Shown here: piece after piece, positions 30,501-40,093 of the stretch | Layout of the letters: every line of letters begins with the position of its first letter | How positions within the stretch are numbered: position 1 is the stretch's first letter | Source of the DNA: a virus | Taxonomy: Duplodnaviria; Caudoviricetes | IMG/VR virus record: IMGVR_UViG_3300012983_001373 | Span: 1 to 64,000 of that record | Reading direction: 5' to 3' (one strand) | DNA length: 64,000 nucleotides | The notes under the pieces: generated by a model | What the model saw: only the letters and a program-made list of their open reading frames with translations | What the model was told of the DNA's origin: nothing | The model's database searches: none | Translations under genes and position numbers: made by a program

Positions 30501-32915
30501 ATGTTCCATTTTAATGTAGTTGAATCTGGACCAGGTACTGCACATCACTGTGTTAAAGCAGCAGATGAATTAAATGTAGTAGCGGTTCCCTTAGATTTAT
30601 TAGTTGAGCCTATATATCCTGACTTAGTTATACCTCCTGAATATGATACAAGAGAATATGATGAAGCAAGTCCAAATACAATACCTTTACAATTATTAGA
30701 TAAAGGGTTGAGTTCTAAAGATTTACATTTAAAACAATATGAATTTGATTATTCTCTATTAGAAGAAATCAGAAAAGAAACATCTAAAACAGCTGGACCT
30801 ATTAATATGTTAGACCCTTATCCATTTGATAAGAAAATAGAAGAACTTGAAATGCATTATCCTAAAGTAATGATAGATGAAATGGAATCACAATTATATT
30901 CTGATAATCACCCAGGCTCTCCTATTGCACAACCTATAGCTAAGAACTTTGCTATGCTACAAGATGCAATGATAAGTCAATCTAAGAAGATGGAGCAGAG
31001 ACTCTCTAAATTAGAAAACATATTATCAACCATTATTAGAAATCAAGGAAGACTTGGTGCTCGTGTCAATATTAACTGTGTTTATTATGGCGGCCAATCT
31101 ACTTATGCAGGAAAGTATAAATGTATAAGATGCCTTCATGACGATAGAATTAATGATGAAACTGTCACTATAGACCAATGTTTAAATTGTACTAGATATG
31201 AACCTATCTTAGGTCAAGTATATGAAATACTAGATGAATCTGGTATGAATGGTTCTATTATTTTAGACGATATGCAAATGAGTTATTCTAGTTTAAATGA
31301 CTTTAAAAAGATAAATTCTATACAAGAACGTAGCCCTAAATACGACTTTGTTTCTGCAGAAGCAGAAGATGTAGGCTATAAACCTAAATTTACTAAAGCA
31401 CAAATTTGGAGAAAAGGATATCAAGATAAATACCTAGAGCAAAATAAAGATGTTAAAGATATTAACAACGTTAACGAAACTGATTATTTATTTAGAATGG
31501 ATTGGAATGAAACATTCTTTAATTCACAAGAACCTGATATTAAACAATATCCTGCTGAAGGAATTGTTGCACGATATAGAAATTCTAATAATGATTTAGA
31601 CTATGATGAGTACATCAAAGCGCTTGACCCTGAAAAAGATAGAGACGCTATAGAAGATGCTAAGAGAGCAAAACTTGTATCTAGAGGTGAGTGGGTAGAT
31701 ACAAGAGAAGAAGCTGAGACTGTTCAAGTAAATAAATACTCTAGCGAGAATTTCTTCTTTGAAGGTTTTGCAGAAATGAATGGAGTTACAGAAGGTTCTG
31801 GACCTGTTCCAGGAGATACTCCTGGCGGAGGCGGTACTCCACCATCAAATAATCCTAGTACAGGTGGTTCTGCATTAAGAGATAAAATAGTTGAAATGGC
31901 TAAAAAGATTGTTGCAGACCACGATGCAGGAAACGCAAAATATTGTCAATCACCAAGAACAGTTGATTATAATAAACCTCAGTCTAGCGGTGGTAAAGTT
32001 TGTTACGACTGTACATCATTTGTATCTTGTTGTTATTTACATGCAGGATTAAAATCTATGTATAGTAAATCTTGTAGTGGTGGATCTCTAATAGCAGAGA
32101 TAGTAAATAACGGTGGAGATATGTGGTTATTAAATGATGCAGGACTAGAAAAAGCTAAACCAGGCGATGTATTAGTTAAAGCAACTTCTAAAGTAACACA
32201 AGACAAAATGGGAACTAAAGTAAGTACAAGCCATGCTATGATTTATATAGGAGACGGTAAGATATCTCATGCAGCAAGTTCTAAAACAGGAATAAAAACT
32301 GAATCATTAAAAGATTCATTTAGATGGAAAGACGGTTGTCATTTCTTTGTAAGACCTAAAGACTTAAAAGACGCTGACGCTAAAGAATCTCAAACATCTA
32401 CAGGAACTAATCCTAATGGAGGAAGCTCTGGAGGAGTTACAGAAGCAACTGGTTCAGTTGATGGAAAACAATATGTAGCAAGAATACCTGGAGCAGTATG
32501 TACAAGTTACTCTGGAGGCGGAGGAAGCGCATCTGGATTAGGATTAACTAATAATAAGACTTGTGCTTCTCATAACTTACCATACGGTACTGTAGTTTAT
32601 GTTCCTTCGTTAGCAGGTGTGTGTGGAGATGGTACATTTACAGTTACTGATACAGGAGGACCATTCTTTGACTTCGACATTTATACAACTGCTAATATAG
32701 GAAAGAAAACTAGAGATGCGTATGTATTAAGTTGGGGAACAGGCGCAATCTCTGCAAGTTATACTTGGGGATTAAATTTCTATAGTGATGCACAATGGAA
32801 GAAATTAGTTGGTGCATGGCACACTTATAAAGATATGGGTGGTAGATTAATGACATTTACTAAGTATAAATCTGATGACGCAAACATAAAAACACATAAG
32901 AGATATAACAGCTAA
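27528..32915 (+). CDS. Multi-domain peptidoglycan hydrolase (amidase_2, phage tail lysozyme, M23 peptidase, NlpC/P60-like, 3D domain), probably virion-associated
   Basis: IVIHNT/SAHY/SIGIE/RHGD..KDCP; GIMGNLQQES; HNGID and HLHFE; YDCTSFV...SHAMIY; ASHNLPYGT...TDTGG..FDIY. Confidence 0.88.
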   Translation: MALQVTKKLLSSSLDGSHYSSKSQTQLWIVIHNTGGGTATSAYNWFNSPSNPYKTSAHYCVDDTQIIQCLEDNWKGHHAGGSGVKYNDKYRPSNSEECTNSNSIGIEVADWGGSYTSEQFSKSVENAIDLTISLMKKYNIDVNHVIRHGDTQNKDCPYYINTKENKWGYFKEQLANRTGGQIIENPNPSDPSSGGGSDPGSGYSPTTGGGFVNTNPYWHDYWNDSYDILPNVDHRPNIANMDEVKGACLIFLPPYNACDYSNMKDHFKKLNWDKKYHYVIKPVKHSDNQPTVTEKKEEESTSASPTPEEDNSISIKGGFEKVGDRLLQCHSLNDNDKVTYISRSLFKSKPEKHLIMIACFIPPQDELDKLGYGFDIVEQNIINSTAQILWENGLKTEQLWREFDLNRSASPLIYLERTRWLKLLEQIDKQLEWMNKSYGEVTATYTPYVATVQEITGIDIGVPGGYVGSPGSGTPSDPDDGSNPDIGGISDTAKAVWTFFTGKGFTQECTAGIMGNLQQESGMDPTKYQSGGGVGRGICQWTVGSDRFKNLEAHAKSNGKDWKDLQSQLEFLDLELQGKDPTTKSYLQKYVGGYDNFKKLTDVKQACKVFEDSFERAGKPMMEKRYAYAEEFYNKFKGSSSTQTASVYYRATLNTPTCVMAENFSIQPRAGADKLAWPVPGHNVGSSSGSKFGMRLHPIKKVMKMHNGIDIPAPSGTAIFTPLGGTVTTNAYQAGGAGNYIKIDHGNGLTTVYMHMVEKSPCAKGSTVKAGQQVGKVGTTGGSTGNHLHFEVHENGKAVDPLSYTSYGVEKGTLDGSEIIQSGGGDHSTPGENGSGNNNSGWTGSDEGVVIDPSSLVYSTAGNIVNPGPAGAFDGSLNSMGGLSHEDWGGKTTYKKGDASNPSAAKPKMTTIVSKEDYKEFCDAFFTGYEVDENNEIIQTYDFRNYWKLVDLYVSEHEPYDKGLVDAVYATVQPNDRLESLTKNFTTVNENMFHFNVVESGPGTAHHCVKAADELNVVAVPLDLLVEPIYPDLVIPPEYDTREYDEASPNTIPLQLLDKGLSSKDLHLKQYEFDYSLLEEIRKETSKTAGPINMLDPYPFDKKIEELEMHYPKVMIDEMESQLYSDNHPGSPIAQPIAKNFAMLQDAMISQSKKMEQRLSKLENILSTIIRNQGRLGARVNINCVYYGGQSTYAGKYKCIRCLHDDRINDETVTIDQCLNCTRYEPILGQVYEILDESGMNGSIILDDMQMSYSSLNDFKKINSIQERSPKYDFVSAEAEDVGYKPKFTKAQIWRKGYQDKYLEQNKDVKDINNVNETDYLFRMDWNETFFNSQEPDIKQYPAEGIVARYRNSNNDLDYDEYIKALDPEKDRDAIEDAKRAKLVSRGEWVDTREEAETVQVNKYSSENFFFEGFAEMNGVTEGSGPVPGDTPGGGGTPPSNNPSTGGSALRDKIVEMAKKIVADHDAGNAKYCQSPRTVDYNKPQSSGGKVCYDCTSFVSCCYLHAGLKSMYSKSCSGGSLIAEIVNNGGDMWLLNDAGLEKAKPGDVLVKATSKVTQDKMGTKVSTSHAMIYIGDGKISHAASSKTGIKTESLKDSFRWKDGCHFFVRPKDLKDADAKESQTSTGTNPNGGSSGGVTEATGSVDGKQYVARIPGAVCTSYSGGGGSASGLGLTNNKTCASHNLPYGTVVYVPSLAGVCGDGTFTVTDTGGPFFDFDIYTTANIGKKTRDAYVLSWGTGAISASYTWGLNFYSDAQWKKLVGAWHTYKDMGGRLMTFTKYKSDDANIKTHKRYNS

Positions 32916-33069
32916 TAGCTTAGTAATAGTATAACGAGCAGGAACGGTACTGCTCACTCATATAACACTCTCTTTTATATACAATACATCATAATACATG
33001 CTCCTTCCAATTTGCGAGATTCAACAGTTTTAAAACTCCCCTTTCCTGCTGAGTCTCGCCTTTTTCTTT

Positions 33070-33144
33070 GCTGGTATAGTTGCAATGGAAGAACGCGCCC
33101 TTGGTACGGGTGAGATTCGGGTTCGATTCCCGATACTAGCTCCA
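33070..33144 (+). tRNA. tRNA-Thr(GGU)
   Basis: Acceptor GCTGGTA/TACTAGC plus TCCA; anticodon stem CGCCC/GGGTG with loop TTGGTAC; T-arm TCGGG-TTCGATT-CCCGA. Confidence 0.9.
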
Positions 33145-33159
33145 TAAAAATTACAAGAG

Positions 33160-33477
33160 GTGAATCATATGAACGTAGGAGACTATGTTTATCTATATTT
33201 ATTTGATTTGAACAAACATGTTACAGGCTTAAAGAAATTAAGAGACGATAGATTTGGTAGAATTATAACAATAAAGACTCTTATAATTAATAATGTTGAA
33301 GTAAAAGAATACCATGTCAAACTGTTATATAATAATTCAATGGTGACAGTAAGGGATGATAATATAAATACAAAAATAACTACAATTGATTTATTAACAT
33401 CAACTATAAATAATTCTTCTTTATCAGAAGAATCAAAACAAAAACTTTTAAATCAAATACAAACTAATCTAAACTAA
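33160..33477 (+). CDS. Hypothetical protein (SH3/KOW-like N-terminus; start may be ATG 33169)
   Basis: VGDYV...FGRII pattern; GAGGTG RBS. Confidence 0.6.
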   Translation: MNHMNVGDYVYLYLFDLNKHVTGLKKLRDDRFGRIITIKTLIINNVEVKEYHVKLLYNNSMVTVRDDNINTKITTIDLLTSTINNSSLSEESKQKLLNQIQTNLN

Positions 33478-33570
33478 TCTTTTTTTCTTTTTTTACCATC
33501 CTTTTACCATCATCTTACAATCGCTCATAATATCATTCTTATATATATTTTACATTTATTTTTATATTTT

Positions 33571-33600
33571 AAAAGGGCCTCACGGCCCTTGTTTTTATTT
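33571..33600. terminator. Bidirectional terminator at the convergence of the + and - gene blocks
   Basis: AAGGGCC/GGCCCTT stem flanked by A- and T-tracts. Confidence 0.7.
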
Positions 33601-33601
33601 C

Positions 33602-34750
33602 TTATAAAAAATAATTTTCATCTGTTATATAACTAAATAATACACCTGTTAAACTTAAATATTTTTTAACACCTAATGCTCTATTATTAAATATTAATGG
33701 TATTTTTGCATATAATACTTTTGTATTCTTTGTAATACGATTTGATTGAGCATCTGATGATGTATAAACTCTTCCAGTCAATGTATCATTTACATAATCT
33801 GTATAAAGTTCTATATTATAATAATCACAAGTTGTTTCTATTTTTGAACCACCTTGATACATTATTATATCGTTTTGTATGTATTCAAAATAATCATTTG
33901 CTCTTATAGGTAAAATTACATAACTATCATCAATAAAATCTGCTTCATAAAAATATATATGTTTTAATCCAAATGGATATTTATTAATATTGTTTTCCAC
34001 TATATTAAAATTTATTCTAAAAGTTATATCTACTTTACTGAACTTTACTTTATCATCAAGTATCACTCTTATTTTGCCTATATTTTCTATTACTCCTATA
34101 GATGCAATAGGTTCTGTAGATATAGTGCCATCTATTTGATTTAAACTATAAATATTAATAGATTCTATTGAATAAGCACCATATAAATAAGGGTCTATTT
34201 CTATAACATTAAAACGTGCAGCTCCTAATGCTATTGTATTATCTAAAACATATGATAATGTTATCTTATCTCTTGTTAATTTGTTAAATATAATTTCTTT
34301 TTCTAATGAATTGTCAGACATTATTAAATTTACATATGAATCATCTTCAATTGTGATAGGTGCTTCGTCTTCATTAACTTTCTTAGTATTCTCTAATGAT
34401 GTAGTACATGATAAAGAATTCTTAAACATAGTATTTCCTGATGTTAATTTTAAATTGAATATATCTATAGGTTCATTTTTAAATTTAGGATGAACGGTCG
34501 CTCCATATTGATTATATGAACCACCTAAGTTGTTTGCATTAAATACAGCAACTTGGCTAGAAGATATATCTTTAGTAAATGTACTATTCATTAATTCTAA
34601 TTCTATAAACTCATTAGCACATTCTATTATCTCTAATTTCTTTCCCATATTATTAAGAGCAACTGTTCTTTTTGCCATTTCTGCATCAAACGTATCGCGT
34701 GCATTTTTAAACAGTTCGTTATACTCTTGGGAACTTAAAGTTTGCTTCAT
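33602..34750 (-). CDS. Putative virion structural protein
   Basis: 382-aa ORF in a tightly packed late operon; N-terminal helix then beta-rich domain. Confidence 0.6.
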   Translation of the reverse strand: MKQTLSSQEYNELFKNARDTFDAEMAKRTVALNNMGKKLEIIECANEFIELELMNSTFTKDISSSQVAVFNANNLGGSYNQYGATVHPKFKNEPIDIFNLKLTSGNTMFKNSLSCTTSLENTKKVNEDEAPITIEDDSYVNLIMSDNSLEKEIIFNKLTRDKITLSYVLDNTIALGAARFNVIEIDPYLYGAYSIESINIYSLNQIDGTISTEPIASIGVIENIGKIRVILDDKVKFSKVDITFRINFNIVENNINKYPFGLKHIYFYEADFIDDSYVILPIRANDYFEYIQNDIIMYQGGSKIETTCDYYNIELYTDYVNDTLTGRVYTSSDAQSNRITKNTKVLYAKIPLIFNNRALGVKKYLSLTGVLFSYITDENYFL

Positions 34751-34765
34751 TTACATTGCTCCTTT

Positions 34766-35002
34766 CTAATCTTTATTCATAATAATCGTTTTATAAACCG
34801 TATCCATATTTTCTATCATCTTTTCAAATTGTTCATCTACTTCATCTTGTAATGCTTTAAATGTTTTATAATCCTTTGAAGTATTATTCATATCATATAT
34901 ATAATCATTTACAAAATTTACATAGTTAAGTATATTAAGTGTAAACTTATCATATTCATATGGACCACGATATCTCATATTATAATATATCATATCAATC
35001 AA
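34766..35002 (-). CDS. Small putative virion protein (RYRGPYEYDK motif)
   Basis: ORF overlapping the upstream stop; AAGGAG RBS. Confidence 0.6.
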   Translation of the reverse strand: MIDMIYYNMRYRGPYEYDKFTLNILNYVNFVNDYIYDMNNTSKDYKTFKALQDEVDEQFEKMIENMDTVYKTIIMNKD

Positions 35003-36230
35003 TCTCCTTTATAACTATAGATTCAATACTACTTGTTATATCTTTCAATAAGGAATCAATATATATTTTTAAATTGTATTTTACTAATTTATGTCTTACA
35101 TATTCACGTAAAACAAAATCTGTTATATCTTTATGTCCTGTATAGATTAGAGAGTTATTAGAAGTATTTACAACGTCTTTTACTTCGGCGAAAATTTTTC
35201 CTCTCTCTAAACCAAAAGAGAATACAAGTCCTACTTGTGCTTCCATATATATACGTTTAGTTGCTTTATCTATTTTGATATAACCATTTTGTAATGAAAA
35301 GTTAGTATGCTCTGGAGCAATATTAAAAGAGTATTCTAATAAACTATCTACACCGTCTACTATAAAGAATTCTATATAACAATCTTCAGTTACATAAAAA
35401 CTATTTCCATTTATAAATGGTATCTCATGTATAGATTCAACTTTTGTTCTTTTATTAGTTATCTTCATTTTATTTCGTCCACCTGCTAATTCGTAATTGC
35501 AATTAGGCATCATCTCATAATCTAACTCTATGTCATCATTTATATTTAAGTTAGTTCCTATATCTAATTCGTGATTGTTAACACCTAATTCTCCAGGTAT
35601 TTGATAAGACACATTGTTATAGTTATATGGATGTGCATAGAATGATTTGGATTCATCGGCACATTCAAATTTAAAACTTATTTTATCTTCTTCAACATCG
35701 TTTACATTAGCTATACAAGCAACTGTGCTTCCTTCTACAAGTTCTACTTCACCTAAATCTATTATAAATAATTGGTCAAGCGTATCTATCTTCCAGTCAT
35801 TAGCTTGGAAAAACACTGTTTTACCTAAAGCAGTTGAGTTTAACTCTTCTTTTCTTCTCATAGCAAAATATTTTGCTTTACCTTCTAATTCAGATAAAGT
35901 TGATTCGATTGATATCTTTAAATTAGAAAACTCATTAGTTAGTATTTGTTCAACTACTTTATATAATATCTCTATATCTTTAGCTATCATTTCAAAACAA
36001 TAATTTATTTCAGTACAGTTGAAATAAGAACCAGGTGCAGAGATATAAGCTTCAAATAATGAAAGACGTGCATTTACTTTTTCAAGTGCTGCATTTACTT
36101 CTTCATTAGAAGGATAATATCCGTATTTTATAAAAGCATGCATTATAATTTCTTTATGATATTTTAATTTCTCAAGCATATCTTTATATATATCAACAGC
36201 AATTGTGTTCGTCTTCATCCTATATCTCAC
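34995..36230 (-). CDS. Putative virion structural protein (start may be 36218)
   Basis: 411-aa ORF; coiled-coil N-terminus then beta domain. Confidence 0.6.
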   Translation of the reverse strand: MRYRMKTNTIAVDIYKDMLEKLKYHKEIIMHAFIKYGYYPSNEEVNAALEKVNARLSLFEAYISAPGSYFNCTEINYCFEMIAKDIEILYKVVEQILTNEFSNLKISIESTLSELEGKAKYFAMRRKEELNSTALGKTVFFQANDWKIDTLDQLFIIDLGEVELVEGSTVACIANVNDVEEDKISFKFECADESKSFYAHPYNYNNVSYQIPGELGVNNHELDIGTNLNINDDIELDYEMMPNCNYELAGGRNKMKITNKRTKVESIHEIPFINGNSFYVTEDCYIEFFIVDGVDSLLEYSFNIAPEHTNFSLQNGYIKIDKATKRIYMEAQVGLVFSFGLERGKIFAEVKDVVNTSNNSLIYTGHKDITDFVLREYVRHKLVKYNLKIYIDSLLKDITSSIESIVIKEID

Positions 36231-37584
36231 CTCCTATTAAAATTTTAAAATTGTTAAGATAAGGAGTTGCACTTGATTTACAATCAAACTGTATTGTTAA
36301 TTTAGCCGTTTTAATTGGTTCAGTTATTAATTCAGTATATGAAGTAGATGATTTTCCACCACTAAATCTTATAACTTTAGTTCCGTTTAAATCACTATTA
36401 ATTGGAACTATTTCATATTCTTGTCCATTGATATTCATTTTAAATTTAACACTAGTTTCTTCTAAAGGATAAGGAGCATATACGTTACAGAATAAAGCAA
36501 TGCTATAAGCATGTGCTGTTATTAATTCTGGAGACACTATAGATGTTTTAGGACTATATATGTTTTTATATGCTTTTATATCATTTATTTTAATTGCAGA
36601 ACGTTTTGCACTAGGAGCTATTTGAGTTGATGTATTTAAATATGGTATTGAATTGACAGAAACATTCTCATCGTTTTCAAATATAGTTTTTTCATAAGCT
36701 ATAGTATCTGTTTTAAAGTTATTTGCTTGGAATGTTATTTTAAAATGTTGAGCCATCGGCACTGCTATTTTTCCTGAACCATATATGTATCCATATTGTC
36801 CATATGATTCTAATATATTATTTATCTTTATATTAGGCGTTTCTAATAATTTAAAATCTATACCATCTGCACTATATTGTATTGCAGTTATTGATATGTC
36901 ACTATCTTCAGATGAAATATCTATATAATTAACTATATCTTCTGTATAGAAATACATTGTACATAATGCATGTTCATTATCTTTGTTAAATATCATACGT
37001 GGTGCATTTTCTTCTACTTCATCAACAACTAATCTTGAATATTCATAGTAAGTACTACTACTGTCGTCTGTCATTTGACCTCTATCTGCTGTGTTACATA
37101 TATCTTTTTGATATTTATTCGTACTCTTATCATATACATAACCATTTCCTTCATAACCGTTTCCTTGTACATCTATACATCTTATATTAACCTTATTCAT
37201 TTGAGTACAAGGAGCATAGATAACGCCATCTTTTGTTTGATTATAAGACCCTGAAAATTTAGTTACATCCAGAGCTTTGACACTTTCAAAATCTGTGTAT
37301 CTATTACATAACATCATCATATCTTGATAACGTTCTTTTTCTGATATAATTGATTTCTTTACTTCTTCAAGTCTTAAACTTGTGTTTGTAAGTAAATCAT
37401 TTATAGCTGTTCCTGTGTCAACTAGAAGAGTATCTAACGCATGTAAATCTGTTTTGATTTTTGTTAGACCTTCGTTTATAAAGAAATCTCCTCCACCTTC
37501 AGGATGAAAATACATTCCAGTATAGTTTTGTATATAATTTTGAAGTTGAAGTTGTTTATATTCATTTAAAACTTGTTTATCCAT
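36220..37584 (-). CDS. Putative virion structural protein
   Basis: 454-aa ORF; GGAGG RBS. Confidence 0.6.
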   Translation of the reverse strand: MDKQVLNEYKQLQLQNYIQNYTGMYFHPEGGGDFFINEGLTKIKTDLHALDTLLVDTGTAINDLLTNTSLRLEEVKKSIISEKERYQDMMMLCNRYTDFESVKALDVTKFSGSYNQTKDGVIYAPCTQMNKVNIRCIDVQGNGYEGNGYVYDKSTNKYQKDICNTADRGQMTDDSSSTYYEYSRLVVDEVEENAPRMIFNKDNEHALCTMYFYTEDIVNYIDISSEDSDISITAIQYSADGIDFKLLETPNIKINNILESYGQYGYIYGSGKIAVPMAQHFKITFQANNFKTDTIAYEKTIFENDENVSVNSIPYLNTSTQIAPSAKRSAIKINDIKAYKNIYSPKTSIVSPELITAHAYSIALFCNVYAPYPLEETSVKFKMNINGQEYEIVPINSDLNGTKVIRFSGGKSSTSYTELITEPIKTAKLTIQFDCKSSATPYLNNFKILIGGEI

Positions 37585-39074
37585 ACTGTGTCCTCCCCGT
37601 ATTTTCTTATTGTAATCATCTCTATAGAAGGAGATGTTTTTGCTCCTTTTAAATACGTTCTAACATATGCTTTTATTCTTATCTCCGTATTAAGAGGAAC
37701 ATAATTATAATTATCTTTTAAAGGTTTATATGTTATACTATAACGTCCATCCAATTCACTTTTTCCTATAACACTATCAAAAGATTCATTGATAACCATT
37801 CCATCTTTTTTTACTACTTCTGGTATATACTTTGGATCAGTATCATCATATGAACGTAAGAAGCGCGTAGCTTTATTAGAATAAATAAATTCGTTTTCAA
37901 CTAATGAATCATTTACTCTCATAATAGGAATTTCTCTTTTACCGTCTAATATAGAATATTCTATACAAGAATTAGGGTCATTAGTTTGTTTTGTATATAT
38001 ATTAATATATTCTTTTTCACCTAATTTACCTATAACAATAGGTTCTGATATAAAATATCCATCAGAAAGATTAGTTACTTCTTTAAACTCTATAGTATCT
38101 AAACCAAATATATATGAATACATAGTTATATTAAGTGTATCTTTACCTTCTGCAGAAGAATATCTTTGAATAGTTTTTTCACCTGTTAAGCCTTCTGTGA
38201 CAGTTCTTGATATTATATATTCAGTATTTAATTTATTTAATCCTAATTGGTCAACTTTAGCTTTCTCAAATTGTCTTAAATCACCCCATAAATTTTGAGA
38301 CATTTTATTTTTATCTATTTCATAAGTTATTGTATCATAAGTTTCACATTTAAGTTCAAATTTAATGTATTGACATATACGAGTTGATCTATCTATATCA
38401 TTAAAATCTACGATACATTCTTCATATCCATTTATTAATCCAAATCTTATATCATATATTTTACAATTTGATTTTTTTAAATCTAATAAATTAATAGGTC
38501 TTGGTTTTTCGAAATGAACTGTTATTACTTCTCTTAATCCTGCAGGAGCAATTTTTTCTTCTAGATATATACTTCTATATTTTCTAGTATCAAATACGCT
38601 ATTTAGATTATCGTCAAAAGGAACTGAGTCAGATTGTCTTAATATAGTAGAGAAATCCCACGTTACTTCATCTGATTCTCCAAGAGTCAATTTATTATTT
38701 CTATTTTTTAATGGGACAATTGATTCTCCATTATCATCTATAGGAATAAGACTCTCTTTAAGAGGAACATTATAAGATACATAAGCTGCATTTTTAGTTA
38801 TATCAGAAACATCTTCTATCTCTTTAATAATAGCAGTCATTTCTGCATCAAATTCTCTTACTTTAGTATCAAGAAATACTTGAGCATATTCTATAGCGTC
38901 TTCTATATATCTAGTCTTTTCATATAATGTATTTAAAGTCGTTTCTATCTCTTTAAAAGTTTTATTTAATTTATCGCTTTCCATTATTTTAGACTGTTCT
39001 AAAATTTCAGGAGCAACTTTTTTTGTTATCTGATTTATTGCATAATCAAAATCTATTCCGTCTTTTATAGCCAT
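37566..39074 (-). CDS. Putative virion structural protein
   Basis: 502-aa ORF, first gene after a terminator and the candidate promoter motif. Confidence 0.6.
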   Translation of the reverse strand: MAIKDGIDFDYAINQITKKVAPEILEQSKIMESDKLNKTFKEIETTLNTLYEKTRYIEDAIEYAQVFLDTKVREFDAEMTAIIKEIEDVSDITKNAAYVSYNVPLKESLIPIDDNGESIVPLKNRNNKLTLGESDEVTWDFSTILRQSDSVPFDDNLNSVFDTRKYRSIYLEEKIAPAGLREVITVHFEKPRPINLLDLKKSNCKIYDIRFGLINGYEECIVDFNDIDRSTRICQYIKFELKCETYDTITYEIDKNKMSQNLWGDLRQFEKAKVDQLGLNKLNTEYIISRTVTEGLTGEKTIQRYSSAEGKDTLNITMYSYIFGLDTIEFKEVTNLSDGYFISEPIVIGKLGEKEYINIYTKQTNDPNSCIEYSILDGKREIPIMRVNDSLVENEFIYSNKATRFLRSYDDTDPKYIPEVVKKDGMVINESFDSVIGKSELDGRYSITYKPLKDNYNYVPLNTEIRIKAYVRTYLKGAKTSPSIEMITIRKYGEDTVWINKF

Positions 39075-39114
39075 CCTTTTTCCACCACCTTTATCAACTA
39101 TTTAATTATTACTT

Positions 39115-39141
39115 AAAAAAATAGTGCCCGTAGGCACTATT
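39115..39141 (-). terminator. Rho-independent terminator
   Basis: AATAGTGCC/GGCACTATT stem with a T-tract on the - strand. Confidence 0.75.
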
Positions 39142-39145
39142 ATAA

Positions 39146-40093
39146 TTACTTATAAGTCATATTGAAAACTCTTCTACCTTCGATAGTATCAGAAGCATTA
39201 ATATTTGCACATTCAAAGTTTTGAGTTATTTTTAAATTTTTAATAGCTGTACTTCCATTTGCACCGTCTATGTTTCCATTACCATCATGGCTAACCATGT
39301 GTTTAACTCTGTCTTCAATATATTTTTTCATTCTCTCTTCTGATTCTCTTATTTTTTTATCTATCTCTTCTTTTATATATTTAACAACTTCGCTATGTAA
39401 TTTACCCCAAGTAACAGCTTCGTCTTTAATCTTTCTAGTAGTGACATTTTGGTCAGCTATTTTAGATTCAATTACGTTTAAGTCTTTTATTTTTTCAGTT
39501 GTTACAGCACTATTAGCTATCTTAGGAGTAGTTATAGATGAGTTGTTTATTTTAATTGTAGTAACAGCATTGTCTGCTAATTTAGCTGTAGTGATGTTTT
39601 TATCTTTTATTTTAATAGTAGTTACTGCACTGTTTCTTATTTTTTCAGTTGATACAGCTCTTGTTCCATCTTTTTTGTCATCGCTAGTTCCTGATAATTT
39701 TTCATTAGTAATATTTTGATCAGCTATTTTAATAGTAGTTACAGCGCTATCTGCTATTTTAGCTGTAGTAATGTTTTTATCTTTAATTTTAGAAGTGGTT
39801 ACAGCAGCGTCGCCTATTTTACTTTCAACAACAGCCTTATCTTTTATAAGAGAAGTTTCTACTGTTTGTTCTTGTAATGTTTTAACTGCATGCAGCTTCG
39901 CATAAATACCATTTCCTCTTTTTATTCTAATAAAAGAACCATTTGCACCGTATGATGCGAATATTGCACCAGCGTCTATTGCTGAGTTATCTACGGTAGA
40001 AAATTCTTCTCCATCTTCAGATGAGAAACAATAAGTAAGAGCACGTCCATCTTCTACAACTGATTCTGTAATCTTTTTAATACCTACTGCCAT
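39146..40093 (-). CDS. Tail-fibre-like protein with tandem decapeptide repeats
   Basis: Roughly 15 repeats of (A/N)(V/I)TTxKIxDx followed by a coiled coil. Confidence 0.7.
   Translation of the reverse strand: MAVGIKKITESVVEDGRALTYCFSSEDGEEFSTVDNSAIDAGAIFASYGANGSFIRIKRGNGIYAKLHAVKTLQEQTVETSLIKDKAVVESKIGDAAVTTSKIKDKNITTAKIADSAVTTIKIADQNITNEKLSGTSDDKKDGTRAVSTEKIRNSAVTTIKIKDKNITTAKLADNAVTTIKINNSSITTPKIANSAVTTEKIKDLNVIESKIADQNVTTRKIKDEAVTWGKLHSEVVKYIKEEIDKKIRESEERMKKYIEDRVKHMVSHDGNGNIDGANGSTAIKNLKITQNFECANINASDTIEGRRVFNMTYK

Noticed and set aside
33478-33570. Short TTTTACCATC repeats as a CRISPR array or second sRNA
   Set aside because: Only two to three degenerate 10-mers with no spacers or stable structure; the 10-nt match to the 39074 start region is near chance level.
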